Program-made: the position numbers and the translations under genes
Shown: positions 28,800-39,263 of the stretch, in pieces
Layout of the letters: each line of letters opens with the position of its first letter
Position numbering within the stretch: position 1 is the stretch's first letter
The notes under the pieces: model-generated
Databases searched by the model: none
Seen by the model: only the letters and a program-made list of their open reading frames with translations
What the model was told of the DNA's origin: nothing
DNA from: Candidatus Aquivivens invisus
GTDB lineage: Bacteria; Omnitrophota; Gorgyraeia; Aquiviventales; Aquiviventaceae
Length of the DNA stretch: 62,521 nt
Direction of reading: 5' to 3'
Assembly (NCBI GenBank): GCA_001804415.1
Contig: MHGA01000027.1
Location: 1-62,521, forward strand

Positions 28800-30254
28800 T
28801 CAGCCTTTGACGTTGCCGATTGGGGTGAACCGCGCCACGCGCTTGCTGATCCCTGCCAGCTCGGTGGTCTCGATCACTTCATCGATATCCTTATATGCCC
28901 CGCCGGCTTCCTCTGCGAGCCCCGCGTAAGAGGCGCTGCGCACATAAATCCCCTTCGCTTCCATCTGCTGCAGGAGCTGTCTTCCGTTGTAAATCCTCTT
29001 GGCTTTGACGCGGCTCATCGTCCGCCCGCTGCCGTGGGCGGTGCTAAAGAACGTCTGTTCTCCGCTGGGCACCCCGACGAGCACATACGACCCGGTCTCC
29101 ATGCTGCCGCCGATAATGACCGGCTGGCCGGTCTGCCGATACGCCTCCGGCAGGTCGTCCGCTCCTGGCGCGAAGGCGCGTGTGGCGCCCTTCCGATGAA
29201 TTAGGAGCTGCCGTGCGGTTCCCTCGACCACGTAGCGCTCGAGCTTGGCCGTGTTGTGCGTCACATCGTACACCATGCGCATGCCAAGCGCTTCGGGTGT
29301 TCGGCCGAGCACCTCCGAGAAGACCTCGCGAATGCGATGCAGGATGACCTGCCGGTTGGCAAACGACATGTTGATGGCGCACTGCATGGCGGCGAAATAG
29401 TCTTGCCCTTCGGGCGAACGAAACGGCGCGCAGGCGAGCTCCCGGTCCGGCACGCTGAGGTGGTACGTCGGCATCGCCCGGAGAAAGCGCTGCAAGTAAT
29501 CCGTCGCCACCTGATGGCCAAACCCGCGCGAACCGCAGTGAAACATCACCACGACCTGATGGGGAATCGTGATGCCAAAGACTTTCGCGATCTCGTGGTC
29601 AAAAACGTGCTCCGGTTTGGCGACTTGGATTTCGAGGTAGTGATTGCCTGATCCGAGCGTCCCGATCTGGTCGCAGCCTCGCTCGACGGCCTTTTGACTG
29701 ATCTTCCCGGCATCCGCGCCGGCCATACACCCGCGCTCCTCGGTGCGCTCCAGATCCTCTTCCCAGCCGAGCCCTTTCTTCACGCACCAGCGAGCGCCTT
29801 GCTCGACGACGTCTCGGAACTCCCGCTGCGGGACGTTCAGAAATCCTGTACAGCCCACCCCTGCCGGGACACGCTCGAAGAGCCGATCCACCAATCGCTT
29901 AAGGTGGGGCTTGACGTCATCATACGTCAGGTTCGTGACGACCAACCGCATGCCGCAGTTGATATCGAACCCGATTCCGCCTGGGGAAATGACCCCTTCC
30001 TCGGCATCCATGGGAGCCACACCACCGATCGGAAATCCGTAGCCCCAGTGGCCGTCGGGCATGCAGAAGGCGTACCGCACGATGCCGGGCAGCATGGCCA
30101 CGTTCGTCACCTGGTCGATGACGCCGTCGTCCATCTCGCGCAGGAGCTTCGCGGTGGCGTAGAGGCGCGCGGGCACCCGCATCCCCGGCTTGTAGGACGT
30201 GGGGATCTCCCACACGGTGTCAGAGATTTTCTTGATGCTCGGAGGAACAGCCAT
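28800..30254 (-). CDS. rtcB: RNA ligase RtcB
   Basis: MPDGHWGYGFPIGG, GFDINCG, GTLGSGNHYLE, HCGSRGFGH, HRKGATRA, HGSGR. Confidence 0.96.
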   Translation of the reverse strand: MAVPPSIKKISDTVWEIPTSYKPGMRVPARLYATAKLLREMDDGVIDQVTNVAMLPGIVRYAFCMPDGHWGYGFPIGGVAPMDAEEGVISPGGIGFDINCGMRLVVTNLTYDDVKPHLKRLVDRLFERVPAGVGCTGFLNVPQREFRDVVEQGARWCVKKGLGWEEDLERTEERGCMAGADAGKISQKAVERGCDQIGTLGSGNHYLEIQVAKPEHVFDHEIAKVFGITIPHQVVVMFHCGSRGFGHQVATDYLQRFLRAMPTYHLSVPDRELACAPFRSPEGQDYFAAMQCAINMSFANRQVILHRIREVFSEVLGRTPEALGMRMVYDVTHNTAKLERYVVEGTARQLLIHRKGATRAFAPGADDLPEAYRQTGQPVIIGGSMETGSYVLVGVPSGEQTFFSTAHGSGRTMSRVKAKRIYNGRQLLQQMEAKGIYVRSASYAGLAEEAGGAYKDIDEVIETTELAGISKRVARFTPIGNVKG

Positions 30255-30264
30255 CCGCGCTAGG

Positions 30265-30331
30265 CTCGTCAGCAGTCAGCAGATAGTGAGGTTCCACCAA
30301 CTTGTCACTTGTCGCTTGTCACGTGTCACTT
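30265..30331. repeat. GCTCGTC/CAGCAGT units plus four CTTGTCA-type heptamers
   Basis: CTTGTCA CTTGTCG CTTGTCA CGTGTCA at 30301-30328. Confidence 0.65.
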
Positions 30332-30361
30332 TCGCCTTTTCGCCATCGGCGAAAAGGCGAA

Positions 30362-30434
30362 TGGGCCGCCTGGGACTCGAACCCAGCACCCAGGGCTTAA
30401 AAGGCCCTTGCTCTGCCTGATGAGCTAGCGGCCC
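30362..30434 (-). tRNA. tRNA-Lys(TTT)
   Basis: GGGCCGC acceptor, AGGGC-CTTTTAA-GCCCT, TTCGAGT. Confidence 0.93.
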
Positions 30435-30533
30435 ACATTGTAAAAGAACGGCAAGCTATTATAACAGAGCCCTCGACGGGGAAAACAGCAATCGAGCTGA
30501 CGGCTGATGGCTTGGTAAGGAAGAACCGGAAGG

Positions 30534-31112
30534 CTAGACGGTGAGGAGGTCGTGCTCTTTGGACTTGAGGAGGGTGTCGATCTGGCCGATGAATCGGTCG
30601 GTCAGCTTCTGGATCGCGTCCTGGGTCTTGAAGGCGTCGTCCTCAGAAATTTGCTTCTCTCCCTTGAGCTTCTTGACCACCTCGTTGGCGTCTCGGCGAA
30701 TCGTGCGAACGGTGATGCGGCCTTCTTCCGCCATCTGGTGGAGCAGCTTCGTCAGTTGCTGGCGGCGCTCCACGGTGAGCGGAGGAATGGGTAGACGGAT
30801 GAGCTTGCCGTCGACCTGCGGGCTGATGCCGAGGTTGGACTGTAGGATGGCTTTCTCGATCTCGAGCACCACGCCCGCATCCCACGCCTGCACCACGAGC
30901 ATCCGGGGCTCCGGCGCGGTAATCGCCGCAAGCTGCTTGAGGGGGGTGGGCGCACCGTAATAGGACACGGTGAGGTGCTCCACCAGCGTCGGGTTGGCCC
31001 GTCCGCCCCGCATCTCGCCCAACTGGCGTGTGGCCGCCTCGAGCGATTTCTTCATCTTGTCTTCGGTGTCCTTCACGAGCTTCTGAAGCTGAGGGGTCGC
31101 GGTGGTGGTCAT
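30534..31112 (-). CDS. frr: Ribosome recycling factor
   Basis: [34 protein letters not shown]. Confidence 0.95.
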   Translation of the reverse strand: MTTTATPQLQKLVKDTEDKMKKSLEAATRQLGEMRGGRANPTLVEHLTVSYYGAPTPLKQLAAITAPEPRMLVVQAWDAGVVLEIEKAILQSNLGISPQVDGKLIRLPIPPLTVERRQQLTKLLHQMAEEGRITVRTIRRDANEVVKKLKGEKQISEDDAFKTQDAIQKLTDRFIGQIDTLLKSKEHDLLTV

Positions 31113-31879
31113 CGGTTGTCGACGATGGTGCCGACCGGCTCGCCGCAAACCGCCCGGCGGATGTTGCCGGGGCGATGCAGGTTGAACACGATGATCGGCA
31201 CGCGGTTCTCCCGACAGAGGCTGACGGCGGTGGCATCCATCACCTTCAGGTTGCGCTTGAGGACTTCGGTGAAGGACAGGCGTGAGAAGCGTTTGGCGCC
31301 CGGGTTGCGCGCCGGATCCGCCGAGTAGACGCCGTCCACGTTGGTCGCCTTGAGCACGACCCCGGCCCCGATCTCGATGGCCCGCAAGGCGGCGGTGGTA
31401 TCCGTCGTGAAGAAGGGGCTGCCGATCCCTCCGACGAAGATCACCACGCGCCCTTTTTCCAGATGGCGGATCGCGCGGCGGCGGATGTAGGGCTCGGCGA
31501 TCTTGGCGATCTCGATGGCCGTCTGCACGCGGGTGGGCACCTTGAGCCGTTCGAGCGCATCCTGGAGTGCTAAGCCGTTGATCGCGGTGGCCAGCATCCC
31601 CATGTAATCGGCCGTGGCCCGCTCCATCCCCGTCGCCGAGGAGGTGGAGAGCCCCCGGAAAATGTTCCCGCCTCCGACGACCACCGTCACCTCGACCCCC
31701 AAGTCTTTGACCTCTTTGACCTGGCGCGCGAGGGCGTTCAGCACCCCCGCGTCAATCCCGAATCCCAGCTTGCCCTGGAGGGCTTCCCCGCTGAGCTTCA
31801 AGACGATGCGCCGATACGTGGGCGATGCGCCGGCCGTCCGCGGTGCGCCCCGCTGCCGTTTGGGAGTCGCTGAGGGCAT
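31109..31879 (-). CDS. pyrH: UMP kinase
   Basis: [41 protein letters not shown]. Confidence 0.97.
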   Translation of the reverse strand: MPSATPKRQRGAPRTAGASPTYRRIVLKLSGEALQGKLGFGIDAGVLNALARQVKEVKDLGVEVTVVVGGGNIFRGLSTSSATGMERATADYMGMLATAINGLALQDALERLKVPTRVQTAIEIAKIAEPYIRRRAIRHLEKGRVVIFVGGIGSPFFTTDTTAALRAIEIGAGVVLKATNVDGVYSADPARNPGAKRFSRLSFTEVLKRNLKVMDATAVSLCRENRVPIIVFNLHRPGNIRRAVCGEPVGTIVDNR

Positions 31880-32343
31880 CAGCGTGCCTCCCCGAGGCCG
31901 AATCGCACGAACCGCTTGACTACGATATTCTCGCCCGTCTTGGCCACCAGGCTGCTGACGTACTGGCCGATCGTCTGTCCCTGGTCTTTGATGAAGGGTT
32001 GTTCGAGCAAGACCTGGAGGGTCTCGGGCTGTTGGGAGGCGATTTGCATTCCCAGGTCACGACAGAGCTGCTGAAACTCCGGCAGCCGCGCGACAAAATC
32101 CGTTTCGCAGTTGACCTCGACGAGCGCCCCGACGCGCCCGTCGTGGTGGACGTAGGCCTCGACGCGGCCCAGTTTCGCGGCACGCCCCTGACGTGTTTTG
32201 GCCGCTTCGAAGCCCTTGCGCTTCAGGTAGTCGATGGCCTTGGCTTCATCGCCCCGGCAGGTTTCCAAGGCGGACTTCACATCGCCGATCGGCGCGCCGG
32301 TTTTCTCGCGCAGGTTTTTGATCGCCTCAACGGAAATACCCAT
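31879..32343 (-). CDS. tsf: Elongation factor Ts (short form)
   Basis: [34 protein letters not shown]. Confidence 0.93.
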   Translation of the reverse strand: MGISVEAIKNLREKTGAPIGDVKSALETCRGDEAKAIDYLKRKGFEAAKTRQGRAAKLGRVEAYVHHDGRVGALVEVNCETDFVARLPEFQQLCRDLGMQIASQQPETLQVLLEQPFIKDQGQTIGQYVSSLVAKTGENIVVKRFVRFGLGEAR

Positions 32344-32347
32344 CGCG

Positions 32348-33121
32348 TCAGGGAGTCGGCTCGGACGCAGGCTCTGGATCCGGCTCCTCGTCCGTGGCGT
32401 CGGATGCGGAGGCGGACAACGGCGTCACCATGCCGGCTTGGTGACGGGCTGCCTCGATGCGATCCGCCGCGTAGGTGGTGATGAGGCGAATGGATCGGAT
32501 GGCGTCGTCGTTCCCTGGAATGGGGTAGCTGATGAGCTCCGGATCGGCGTTGGTGTCGCAAATCGCCACGATCGGAATCCGCAGCCGGTTGGCTTCCCGC
32601 ACGGCGTTCTGCTCGCGCTTGGGATCAATGATGTACACGCACGCCGGCAGGCGGTCCATCGTGGCCAGGCCGGCGTAGCGCTCCTCGAGCTTCGTCAGCT
32701 CTTGCATCAGCCGCTTGGCTTCTTTCTTCGACAGCCGCTCGAAATACCCTTCCTCGCGCTGCCGGCGAAGCAGCAGCAGCCGCTCGATGTTGCGTTTGAT
32801 CACCGCGAAGTTGGTCAAGGTGCCTCCCAGCCATCGGGAGGTCACATACGGCATCCCGCAGCGCAGCGCCGCCTCTTCCACGAGGCGCTTGGCCTGCTTC
32901 TTCGTCCCCACCAGGAGGATCAGGTCGCCCTTGGAAGCCCACCCTTCCAGCGCCTCGCCGGCGCGCAACAAGAACTGCTCGGTCTTCTCCAGGTCGATGA
33001 TGTAGATCCCCGAACGGCTGCCGAAGATGAACGGCTTCATCTTCGGATTCCAGCGTTTGGTCTGGTGGCCGAAATGGACGCCGGCCTCCAGCAACTGCTG
33101 CGTGAGCGGTGAGGTGGGCAT
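32348..33121 (-). CDS. rpsB: 30S ribosomal protein S2
   Basis: [38 protein letters not shown]. Confidence 0.98.
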   Translation of the reverse strand: MPTSPLTQQLLEAGVHFGHQTKRWNPKMKPFIFGSRSGIYIIDLEKTEQFLLRAGEALEGWASKGDLILLVGTKKQAKRLVEEAALRCGMPYVTSRWLGGTLTNFAVIKRNIERLLLLRRQREEGYFERLSKKEAKRLMQELTKLEERYAGLATMDRLPACVYIIDPKREQNAVREANRLRIPIVAICDTNADPELISYPIPGNDDAIRSIRLITTYAADRIEAARHQAGMVTPLSASASDATDEEPDPEPASEPTP

Positions 33122-33215
33122 GGGCGATGTGTCCTTGTGTTCCGTGCGCGCTCCGATGGATGATCCTCACGCACCCCGGTTAGAGATCACGGGGCATGTG
33201 ATGGGACTCTCCGAG
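33122..33215 (-). promoter_or_regulatory. Candidate rpsB (S2) autoregulatory leader
   Basis: GCCCCG...CCGGGGTGC hairpin upstream of rpsB recalls the S2 leader; not folded computationally. Confidence 0.3.
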
Positions 33216-35012
33216 CTTCGCAGTCGGATGCATCAGCTGCAGCTCGCAGAACCGCCGGTACAACGCGCTCGTCTTCAGCAGCTCCTCATGGCTGCCTTGC
33301 TCTACAATACGGCCCTCCTGGATCACCACGATCCGATGGGCCAGGCGCACGGTGGACAGCCGATGGGCGATCAGCACCACCGTGCGCTCCTGACAGACCC
33401 GCTCCAAGGCCTCGGTGATGAGATGCTCGGAGGCGGCGTCGAGTTGGCTGGTCGCTTCATCGAGAATCAAGATCGGCGGGTTCTTCAACACCGCGCGCGC
33501 AATCGCCAGCCGCTGGCGTTCCCCGCCGGAGAGCAGGCTCCCGCGCTCCCCCACAACGGTGTCATACCCCTTCGGCATCCGGCTGATGAAGGCGTGCGCA
33601 TTGGCCACTTTCGCCGCCTCCACCATCTCGGAGAGGCTGGCGGAGGGGTTGCCCACCGCCAGGTTGGCCCGCACCGTGTCGTTGAAGAGCGTGGTCTCCT
33701 GGGTGACCAACCCAATCTGGCCGCGTAGGGAGGCCAGCGTCACGTGGCGCAGATCCACGCCGTCGAGGAGCACCCGCCCCGAGGTGGGATCGAAGAAGCG
33801 CGGCAACAAGTTGGCGAGCGTCGTCTTGCCGCCTCCGCTGGGGCCCACCAGCGCGATGATCTCCGCGCGAGGGATCGTGAGGGACACCCCGCGCAGGACC
33901 GGCTGGTTGTCATACTGGAACGACACCTTGTCGTACGTGATCTCGTGCCGAAACATCGGCAGGGTCTTGGCCTTGGGGTGCTCCGTGATGGTCGGCTCCA
34001 CGTCGAGGATTTCGAAGATCCGCAGGGCGGCCGCGACGGTCTGCTGATTGACGCTGTGGAGCTTGGCCAACCGCTTGAACGGCCGAATCAAGAACATCAT
34101 CGCCGCGAAAAACGCGGTGAAGGTCCCCAGGGTCATGGTGCCCGCCAGCACCTGCCGGCAGCCGTACCAGAAGACGAACGACGCGCCGACGGCCCCCAGG
34201 AAATCCGTCATGGGGGTGAGGAGATTCATCCGCTTTTGGATCTTGCGGTTGATCCGGTAGGAGCGCTCATTCGTCGAGGCGAACTTCACCCGAGCGTCAT
34301 GTTCCATCTGGAACGCCTGAACGACCTGAATTCCCGTGATGGATTCGAGGATGGTGGAATGCAGCTGCCCCATGACCACCTGGGCCTGCCGGGAGTACTT
34401 CTTGAGGAGCCGGCCGATCCAGAGGGTGATCAGCGCAATCAGCGGAATCACCGCAAAGGTCATGAGGGCCAAGGCCCAGTTGATGCGCAGGACGATGGCG
34501 AGGTACACGGCGATCTGGAACGGCTGGTACACCAGATCCGTGAGCCCCTCGATGAGCGAGTTTTGGACGATCCCCGTGTCATACATGATCCGCGACATCG
34601 TCGAGCCGGCGGGCTGCCGGTGGTGGTAATCGAGCGACAGCGCGGTGAACTTGTCAAACATCTTCTGGCGCAGGTCCCGGACGACCCGCTGGGAGGCGTC
34701 GCTCATGAAGAACGTCTGCAGGAACTCCAAGAGGCTTTTGAACAGGAACAGTAAGGGGATGGCCACCGCGAAGAGGTTCACGAGAGTCCGCTGGGGCAGG
34801 CTGTTAAACCACAGGATGAGCCCGTTCAGCCAGCCCGGGAACCACGCCAGGGTGGGCAGCAGGCGGTCGTTCGCCACCCGGTCGATCAGGGGGATGAACG
34901 CCCCCACCTGGACGCCATTGAGGATGGTGGAGCCGACCATGCACAGGACGGCCACCCCAAAGACGCCGAGATGGGGTTTGATGAATTGGAAGAGTCGAAA
35001 GTAGGCTCGCAT
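33180..35012 (-). CDS. msbA: MsbA-like lipid ABC exporter
   Basis: TM domain plus GPSGGGKTT, LSGGERQRLAIARA, ILDEATS, IAHRLST. Confidence 0.85.
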   Translation of the reverse strand: MRAYFRLFQFIKPHLGVFGVAVLCMVGSTILNGVQVGAFIPLIDRVANDRLLPTLAWFPGWLNGLILWFNSLPQRTLVNLFAVAIPLLFLFKSLLEFLQTFFMSDASQRVVRDLRQKMFDKFTALSLDYHHRQPAGSTMSRIMYDTGIVQNSLIEGLTDLVYQPFQIAVYLAIVLRINWALALMTFAVIPLIALITLWIGRLLKKYSRQAQVVMGQLHSTILESITGIQVVQAFQMEHDARVKFASTNERSYRINRKIQKRMNLLTPMTDFLGAVGASFVFWYGCRQVLAGTMTLGTFTAFFAAMMFLIRPFKRLAKLHSVNQQTVAAALRIFEILDVEPTITEHPKAKTLPMFRHEITYDKVSFQYDNQPVLRGVSLTIPRAEIIALVGPSGGGKTTLANLLPRFFDPTSGRVLLDGVDLRHVTLASLRGQIGLVTQETTLFNDTVRANLAVGNPSASLSEMVEAAKVANAHAFISRMPKGYDTVVGERGSLLSGGERQRLAIARAVLKNPPILILDEATSQLDAASEHLITEALERVCQERTVVLIAHRLSTVRLAHRIVVIQEGRIVEQGSHEELLKTSALYRRFCELQLMHPTAKLGESHHMPRDL

Positions 35013-35021
35013 AAACGGGAG

Positions 35022-35050
35022 ATTATACCACGGAAGTTGACGGCTGGCAA
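35022..35050 (-). promoter_or_regulatory. Sigma70 promoter of msbA
   Basis: TTGCCA-17 bp-TATAAT with TGn extension, 9 nt before the ATG. Confidence 0.7.
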
Positions 35051-35167
35051 CGCCGTCTGTTAGACTCGAACAGCTCGTTTGTCGTCGGTCGGACCCGTCG
35101 CCCGTGTCGGAAATGACGAACGACGAAATGGGCCACGGGCCCGAGAAACGAGCCGCGAGATACGGCC

Positions 35168-36100
35168 ATGTCAACTCATCCGATTCGAGTGGGGGTGGTG
35201 GGGGTGGGCCACGTCGGCTCCCTCCACGCCCAGGTGTACGCCAAGCTGCCCAACGCCCGGTTGGTGGCCGTGTGCGACCTCAACCAGGCGCGGGCCAAGG
35301 GGGTGGCCGCGCACCTCCGGTGCCTGGCCGTGCGCGAGGCGGCAGAGCTCCTGGGGGCGGTGGATGCGGTGAGCGTGGCGGTTCCCACGAGCGCCCATGA
35401 CGCGGTGGCCGCTCCCCTGCTTGAGGCGGGCATCCACGTCCTCATCGAAAAGCCCATTGCCACCAACCTCACGCAAGCCGATCACCTGCTGGCCCTGGCC
35501 CGACGCCGAAGGGTGATCCTGCAGGTGGGCCATATCGAGCGATTCAACACCGCGATCCAAACCGCCAAGGCGTATCTCACCCACCCGCGGTTCATCGAAG
35601 CGCATCGGCTCTCGCCCTATCCCTTCCGCGGGTTGGATGTCAGCGTCGTCCTGGATGTGATGATCCATGACCTGGACCTGATCCTCGCGCTGGTGGGGTC
35701 GCAGCCGATCCGTATCGAGGCGGTGGGGGTCGCGGTCCTCTCGCCGAGCGAGGATATCGCCAACGTCCGGCTGACCTTCGCGTCAGGCTGCGTGGCCAAT
35801 CTCACGGCCAGCCGCATCAGTGACGAGACCATCCGGCGCCTGCGCGTGTTTCAAGAGGACTGCTACCTGTCGGTCGATACCCACCATCAAGTCGTCGAGA
35901 TGGCCAGAAAGGTCGGCCGCACGATCCATCGGCAAGCCCTGCCCATCAGTCCCCGCCCGCCCCTCGACGAGGAGCTGGCATCGTTCCTGAAGGCCGTGCG
36001 CACCAACCGACGCCCGGTCGTCTCCGGCGAAGAGGCCCGCGAGGCCCTCGCGCTGGCCTTGCGCATCGAACATGCCATCCATCTGCCTCGTCGCCGGTGA
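35168..36100 (+). CDS. Gfo/Idh/MocA oxidoreductase, candidate GnnA
   Basis: GVVGVGHVG, HVLIEKP, QVGHIERFN, DVMIHDLD; overlaps lpxB. Confidence 0.85.
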   Translation: MSTHPIRVGVVGVGHVGSLHAQVYAKLPNARLVAVCDLNQARAKGVAAHLRCLAVREAAELLGAVDAVSVAVPTSAHDAVAAPLLEAGIHVLIEKPIATNLTQADHLLALARRRRVILQVGHIERFNTAIQTAKAYLTHPRFIEAHRLSPYPFRGLDVSVVLDVMIHDLDLILALVGSQPIRIEAVGVAVLSPSEDIANVRLTFASGCVANLTASRISDETIRRLRVFQEDCYLSVDTHHQVVEMARKVGRTIHRQALPISPRPPLDEELASFLKAVRTNRRPVVSGEEAREALALALRIEHAIHLPRRR

Positions 36101-37232
36101 CCCCTCCGGCGACGCCCGAGCGGCTGCTGTCGTCGACGTCCTCAAACGCCTTCGCAGCGATTGCTCCTTCACCGGGCTCGGCGGCCCCCAGATGCGTCGG
36201 GCCGGGGTGGCGCTGCTGGACGACCTGACCCCAACCGCCTCGATCGGCCCCTTCGATGCGCTGCGCCACCTCCAACGCTTCGCACGCGCCAAGGCCCTGC
36301 TGCGCGAGCTGTTCCGCCGCCGCAAGCCTGACCTGGTCATCTTGGTCGATTTCGGGGATTTTAACCTGCCGGTTGTCGCACCCTTGGCGAAACGAGCGGG
36401 CTGCCGCGTGGTGTATTACATCAGCCCCCAGCTGTGGGCGTGGGGCCGATTTCGGCTGCGGTGGATCCGACGGTACGTGGACCGGATGCTGGTGCTGTTT
36501 CGGTTCGAGGAGGCATTCTATCAGCGTCTCGGCATCCCGGTTACTTGGGTGGGCCATCCGCTCGTTGACCCCGCCCTTCAGGGCGGGGTTGAGACGCGCG
36601 CCTCCTCGAGGCCTCGCGAGCAGGCAATGGCTGCGTTGGGTCTCAATCCCTGGCGGATGACGGTGGGGCTGCTGCCGGGCTCCCGGGCGCAAGAGATCCG
36701 GCGCCACCTGCCGGTCTTCCTCGACGCGGCTTCGCGCATCGCCTGGCGCATGCCCGGGGCGCAGTTCCTCGTGCCGACCGTCCCCGGTATCCCGCCAGGG
36801 CTCCTTGAACCGCTGGCCACACCCCGTGCCACCGATCTCATGGTGTCGGAGCGACCGATGGCGGAATGCCTTCCTGCCATGGAGGTCGCGTTGATCGCTT
36901 CAGGCACCGCGACCCTCGAAGCGGCGTTGATGGAGGTCCCGATGGTCGTGGTGTATCGGACCTCCTGGCCGACGTATCTGGCGGCGCGCGCGGTCATCCG
37001 CGTCCCGCACATCGCGATGGTCAATGTGATCGCCGGCAAGGAGGTCGTGCCCGAGTATGTGCAGCATCGGGCGAGGCCTGCGCGGATCGCGCAGGAGATC
37101 GTGGGACTCTTACGGCAGGCTCAGCACCGGGAGGCGATGCGGCAGGAATTGCGGAAGGTCCGCGAGGCGCTCGGGCCCCAGGGCGCCGTGGAACGCACCG
37201 CCCGCGCCATCCTCTCAGAACTTCCCCGTTAA
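36072..37232 (+). CDS. lpxB: Lipid-A-disaccharide synthase
   Basis: VAGDPSGD, YYISPQLWAWG, VGHPL, GLLPGSR, SGTATLE. Confidence 0.95.
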   Translation: MPSICLVAGDPSGDARAAAVVDVLKRLRSDCSFTGLGGPQMRRAGVALLDDLTPTASIGPFDALRHLQRFARAKALLRELFRRRKPDLVILVDFGDFNLPVVAPLAKRAGCRVVYYISPQLWAWGRFRLRWIRRYVDRMLVLFRFEEAFYQRLGIPVTWVGHPLVDPALQGGVETRASSRPREQAMAALGLNPWRMTVGLLPGSRAQEIRRHLPVFLDAASRIAWRMPGAQFLVPTVPGIPPGLLEPLATPRATDLMVSERPMAECLPAMEVALIASGTATLEAALMEVPMVVVYRTSWPTYLAARAVIRVPHIAMVNVIAGKEVVPEYVQHRARPARIAQEIVGLLRQAQHREAMRQELRKVREALGPQGAVERTARAILSELPR

Positions 37233-37327
37233 CTCGTCGGCTCGTCGGCAATCAGCTCGTCAGCAGTAGGAAAAAACTTACTGCTTATTGCTTACTGCCG
37301 TCGAGCTGACGAGCTGTCGAGCCGATG
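37233..37327. repeat. Heptamer-based palindrome between convergent genes
   Basis: CAGCTCGTCAGC...GCTGACGAGCTG arms with CTTACTG/CTTATTG units inside. Confidence 0.7.
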
Positions 37328-37328
37328 G

Positions 37329-39263
37329 TCAGGATTTGCCGGTCATCAGCCACACCCGGCAGGGCGCGTTCTTCATGACGTATTCCACCGTCGTGCCAAA
37401 GGTGGAACGCCCGGGGGCGGCGGCCAGGATGCGGGGTTTATCTTTCATGATGATCAGATCGTAGTCGTTCTCTTTCGCCAGCTCGACGATTGTCTCCCCG
37501 GCAAATCGCGATTGCTTGATCTGCGCCTCCACGGGGATTTCGTACTCTCGCCCAATGGCTTGCGCCTGTTGGATGATGGAGTCCGCCACCGTCAGCTTCT
37601 CGGGGAAAAACGTCTCGAGGGGCAACGACGGGGGAATCTCGATCACCGACAACGCGGTCAGATGGGCGCCGTGCAGCTTTGCCAGCTTGGCGGCAAATTG
37701 GACGGTCTCGTTGACCGAGGCATCCGCCGTCGGCACCAAGATCTTCTTGATCGGAATCTCCTGGTACCCCGGTAACGTCAGCTTCTCGAGCTCCACCCGC
37801 GCCGTGGCGGGCAATTTCTGTTGCCGCCGATACCACAAGTACAACGTCACCCCCACCCCCATCCACAGGAACCCCAGATTTCGTCCCGCGGGTTTCGTGA
37901 GAATTACGTCGATCCAGACGGCGGTCGTCCCCAGCAGACCGATCAAGGAGCTCACCGGCAACTCGTAGCGGCCGAACCGGAGATTCCAGCCGATCTTGAA
38001 CGGCCGCGGGAGGCTGGGTTGACGGATGCGCAGCCCCAACAACGACAGGTGGGCCAGCGCGAAGGAGAGCATCGCCCCGAAATTGTACAGTTCCGCGATG
38101 TGCGTCAGGTTCCGGGCCCACAGCACGACGACGCCCGCGATGACGGTGAAAAAGATCAGGGTCACGTACGGCGTCTTGAAGCGCGGGTGCAGGCGGTAGA
38201 AGAACCGAGACCACGGGAGGGTGAAGTGCTCGCTCATCGAGAAGGTCAACCGCGAGGCACCGATCAAACCCGCGTTGGCCGCGACGAACAGGATCGTCGC
38301 TCCCAACAACCCGACCCAGGGCGCCAGGTACTGCCTCCCAAACGGCATCGAGGCGGCGATGCCCGCCAAGGGATCTTCAAGGTAGCCGGTGGTTAGCTCC
38401 TGCGGGGTCATGGCGGTCAAGGCGATGGCGGCGATGCCGAAGTACAACAGGAAGAGCGTGCCCATCGTCCAGAACATCGCCCGCGGGATCGTGCGGTTGG
38501 GGTGGCGCGCTTCCCCCGCCAACTGCGAGATCGCCTCGATGCCGATGTAGGCGACCATCGCCATGCCGACCCCCTTCCAGAACTGCCCCCACGTCGGAGA
38601 CCAGGCCGAGCCGGCCAACCCCACCTGCATGTGGGACCACAGCTGCTTCAGATGCGTGAGGAACAACTCCGGGTTCGCCAGCTGCATCAAGACCACGAAC
38701 CCGATGGTGATAATGACGAGCTGGGTGGCGATATCAAAGACGCACAGCAGCAGGGAGACGCGCGTGGATTCCTTGATGCCCAGGACGTTTAAGGCCAGCA
38801 GGATGCCGAGGATCGCCAGGGTGAAGGGCACGTGGCCGATCGAGGTCTTGAGCACGGGCAGGACGTTGCTCAGATACGGGCCGATGGAATAGGCGGAAAT
38901 CGCGATGGTCACGATATAGTCCAACAGCAGCGCCCAACCGGCGATGAACGAGAGCAGATCGTTAAACGCGTGCCGCGCGAAGCTGCAGGAGCCGCCGGAC
39001 TCCGGCATGGCGGTGGACAGCTCGGCGTACGACAGCACGGTGCAGAAAAAGACGATGCCGGCTAGCGCCAGGGCTAAGGGGGTGGCGCCCAACGCGTAGA
39101 GCGTCGTCACCCCGAGGGCATAGTAGATGGAGGATCCCACGTCCCCGTAGCCGAGGGCGAAGAGCTGGGGGGTGTTGAGGACGCGGTGGAGATTCCCACG
39201 ATCCAGCACCGGCACCTTCCGCGACGGCGGTTCAGAGAAGTCGATACTGTGAGGGTCAGCCAT
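37329..39263 (-). CDS. APC family amino-acid permease fused to a universal stress protein domain
   Basis: GYGDVGSSIYY, GIEAISQLAGE, SRLTFSM; C-terminal KKILVPT...VEYVMKNAPCRV. Confidence 0.88.
   Translation of the reverse strand: MADPHSIDFSEPPSRKVPVLDRGNLHRVLNTPQLFALGYGDVGSSIYYALGVTTLYALGATPLALALAGIVFFCTVLSYAELSTAMPESGGSCSFARHAFNDLLSFIAGWALLLDYIVTIAISAYSIGPYLSNVLPVLKTSIGHVPFTLAILGILLALNVLGIKESTRVSLLLCVFDIATQLVIITIGFVVLMQLANPELFLTHLKQLWSHMQVGLAGSAWSPTWGQFWKGVGMAMVAYIGIEAISQLAGEARHPNRTIPRAMFWTMGTLFLLYFGIAAIALTAMTPQELTTGYLEDPLAGIAASMPFGRQYLAPWVGLLGATILFVAANAGLIGASRLTFSMSEHFTLPWSRFFYRLHPRFKTPYVTLIFFTVIAGVVVLWARNLTHIAELYNFGAMLSFALAHLSLLGLRIRQPSLPRPFKIGWNLRFGRYELPVSSLIGLLGTTAVWIDVILTKPAGRNLGFLWMGVGVTLYLWYRRQQKLPATARVELEKLTLPGYQEIPIKKILVPTADASVNETVQFAAKLAKLHGAHLTALSVIEIPPSLPLETFFPEKLTVADSIIQQAQAIGREYEIPVEAQIKQSRFAGETIVELAKENDYDLIIMKDKPRILAAAPGRSTFGTTVEYVMKNAPCRVWLMTGKS

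Noticed and set aside
24486-30434. Four of six tRNAs lack an encoded CCA
   Set aside because: Common in many bacterial lineages; only implies a CCA-adding enzyme elsewhere
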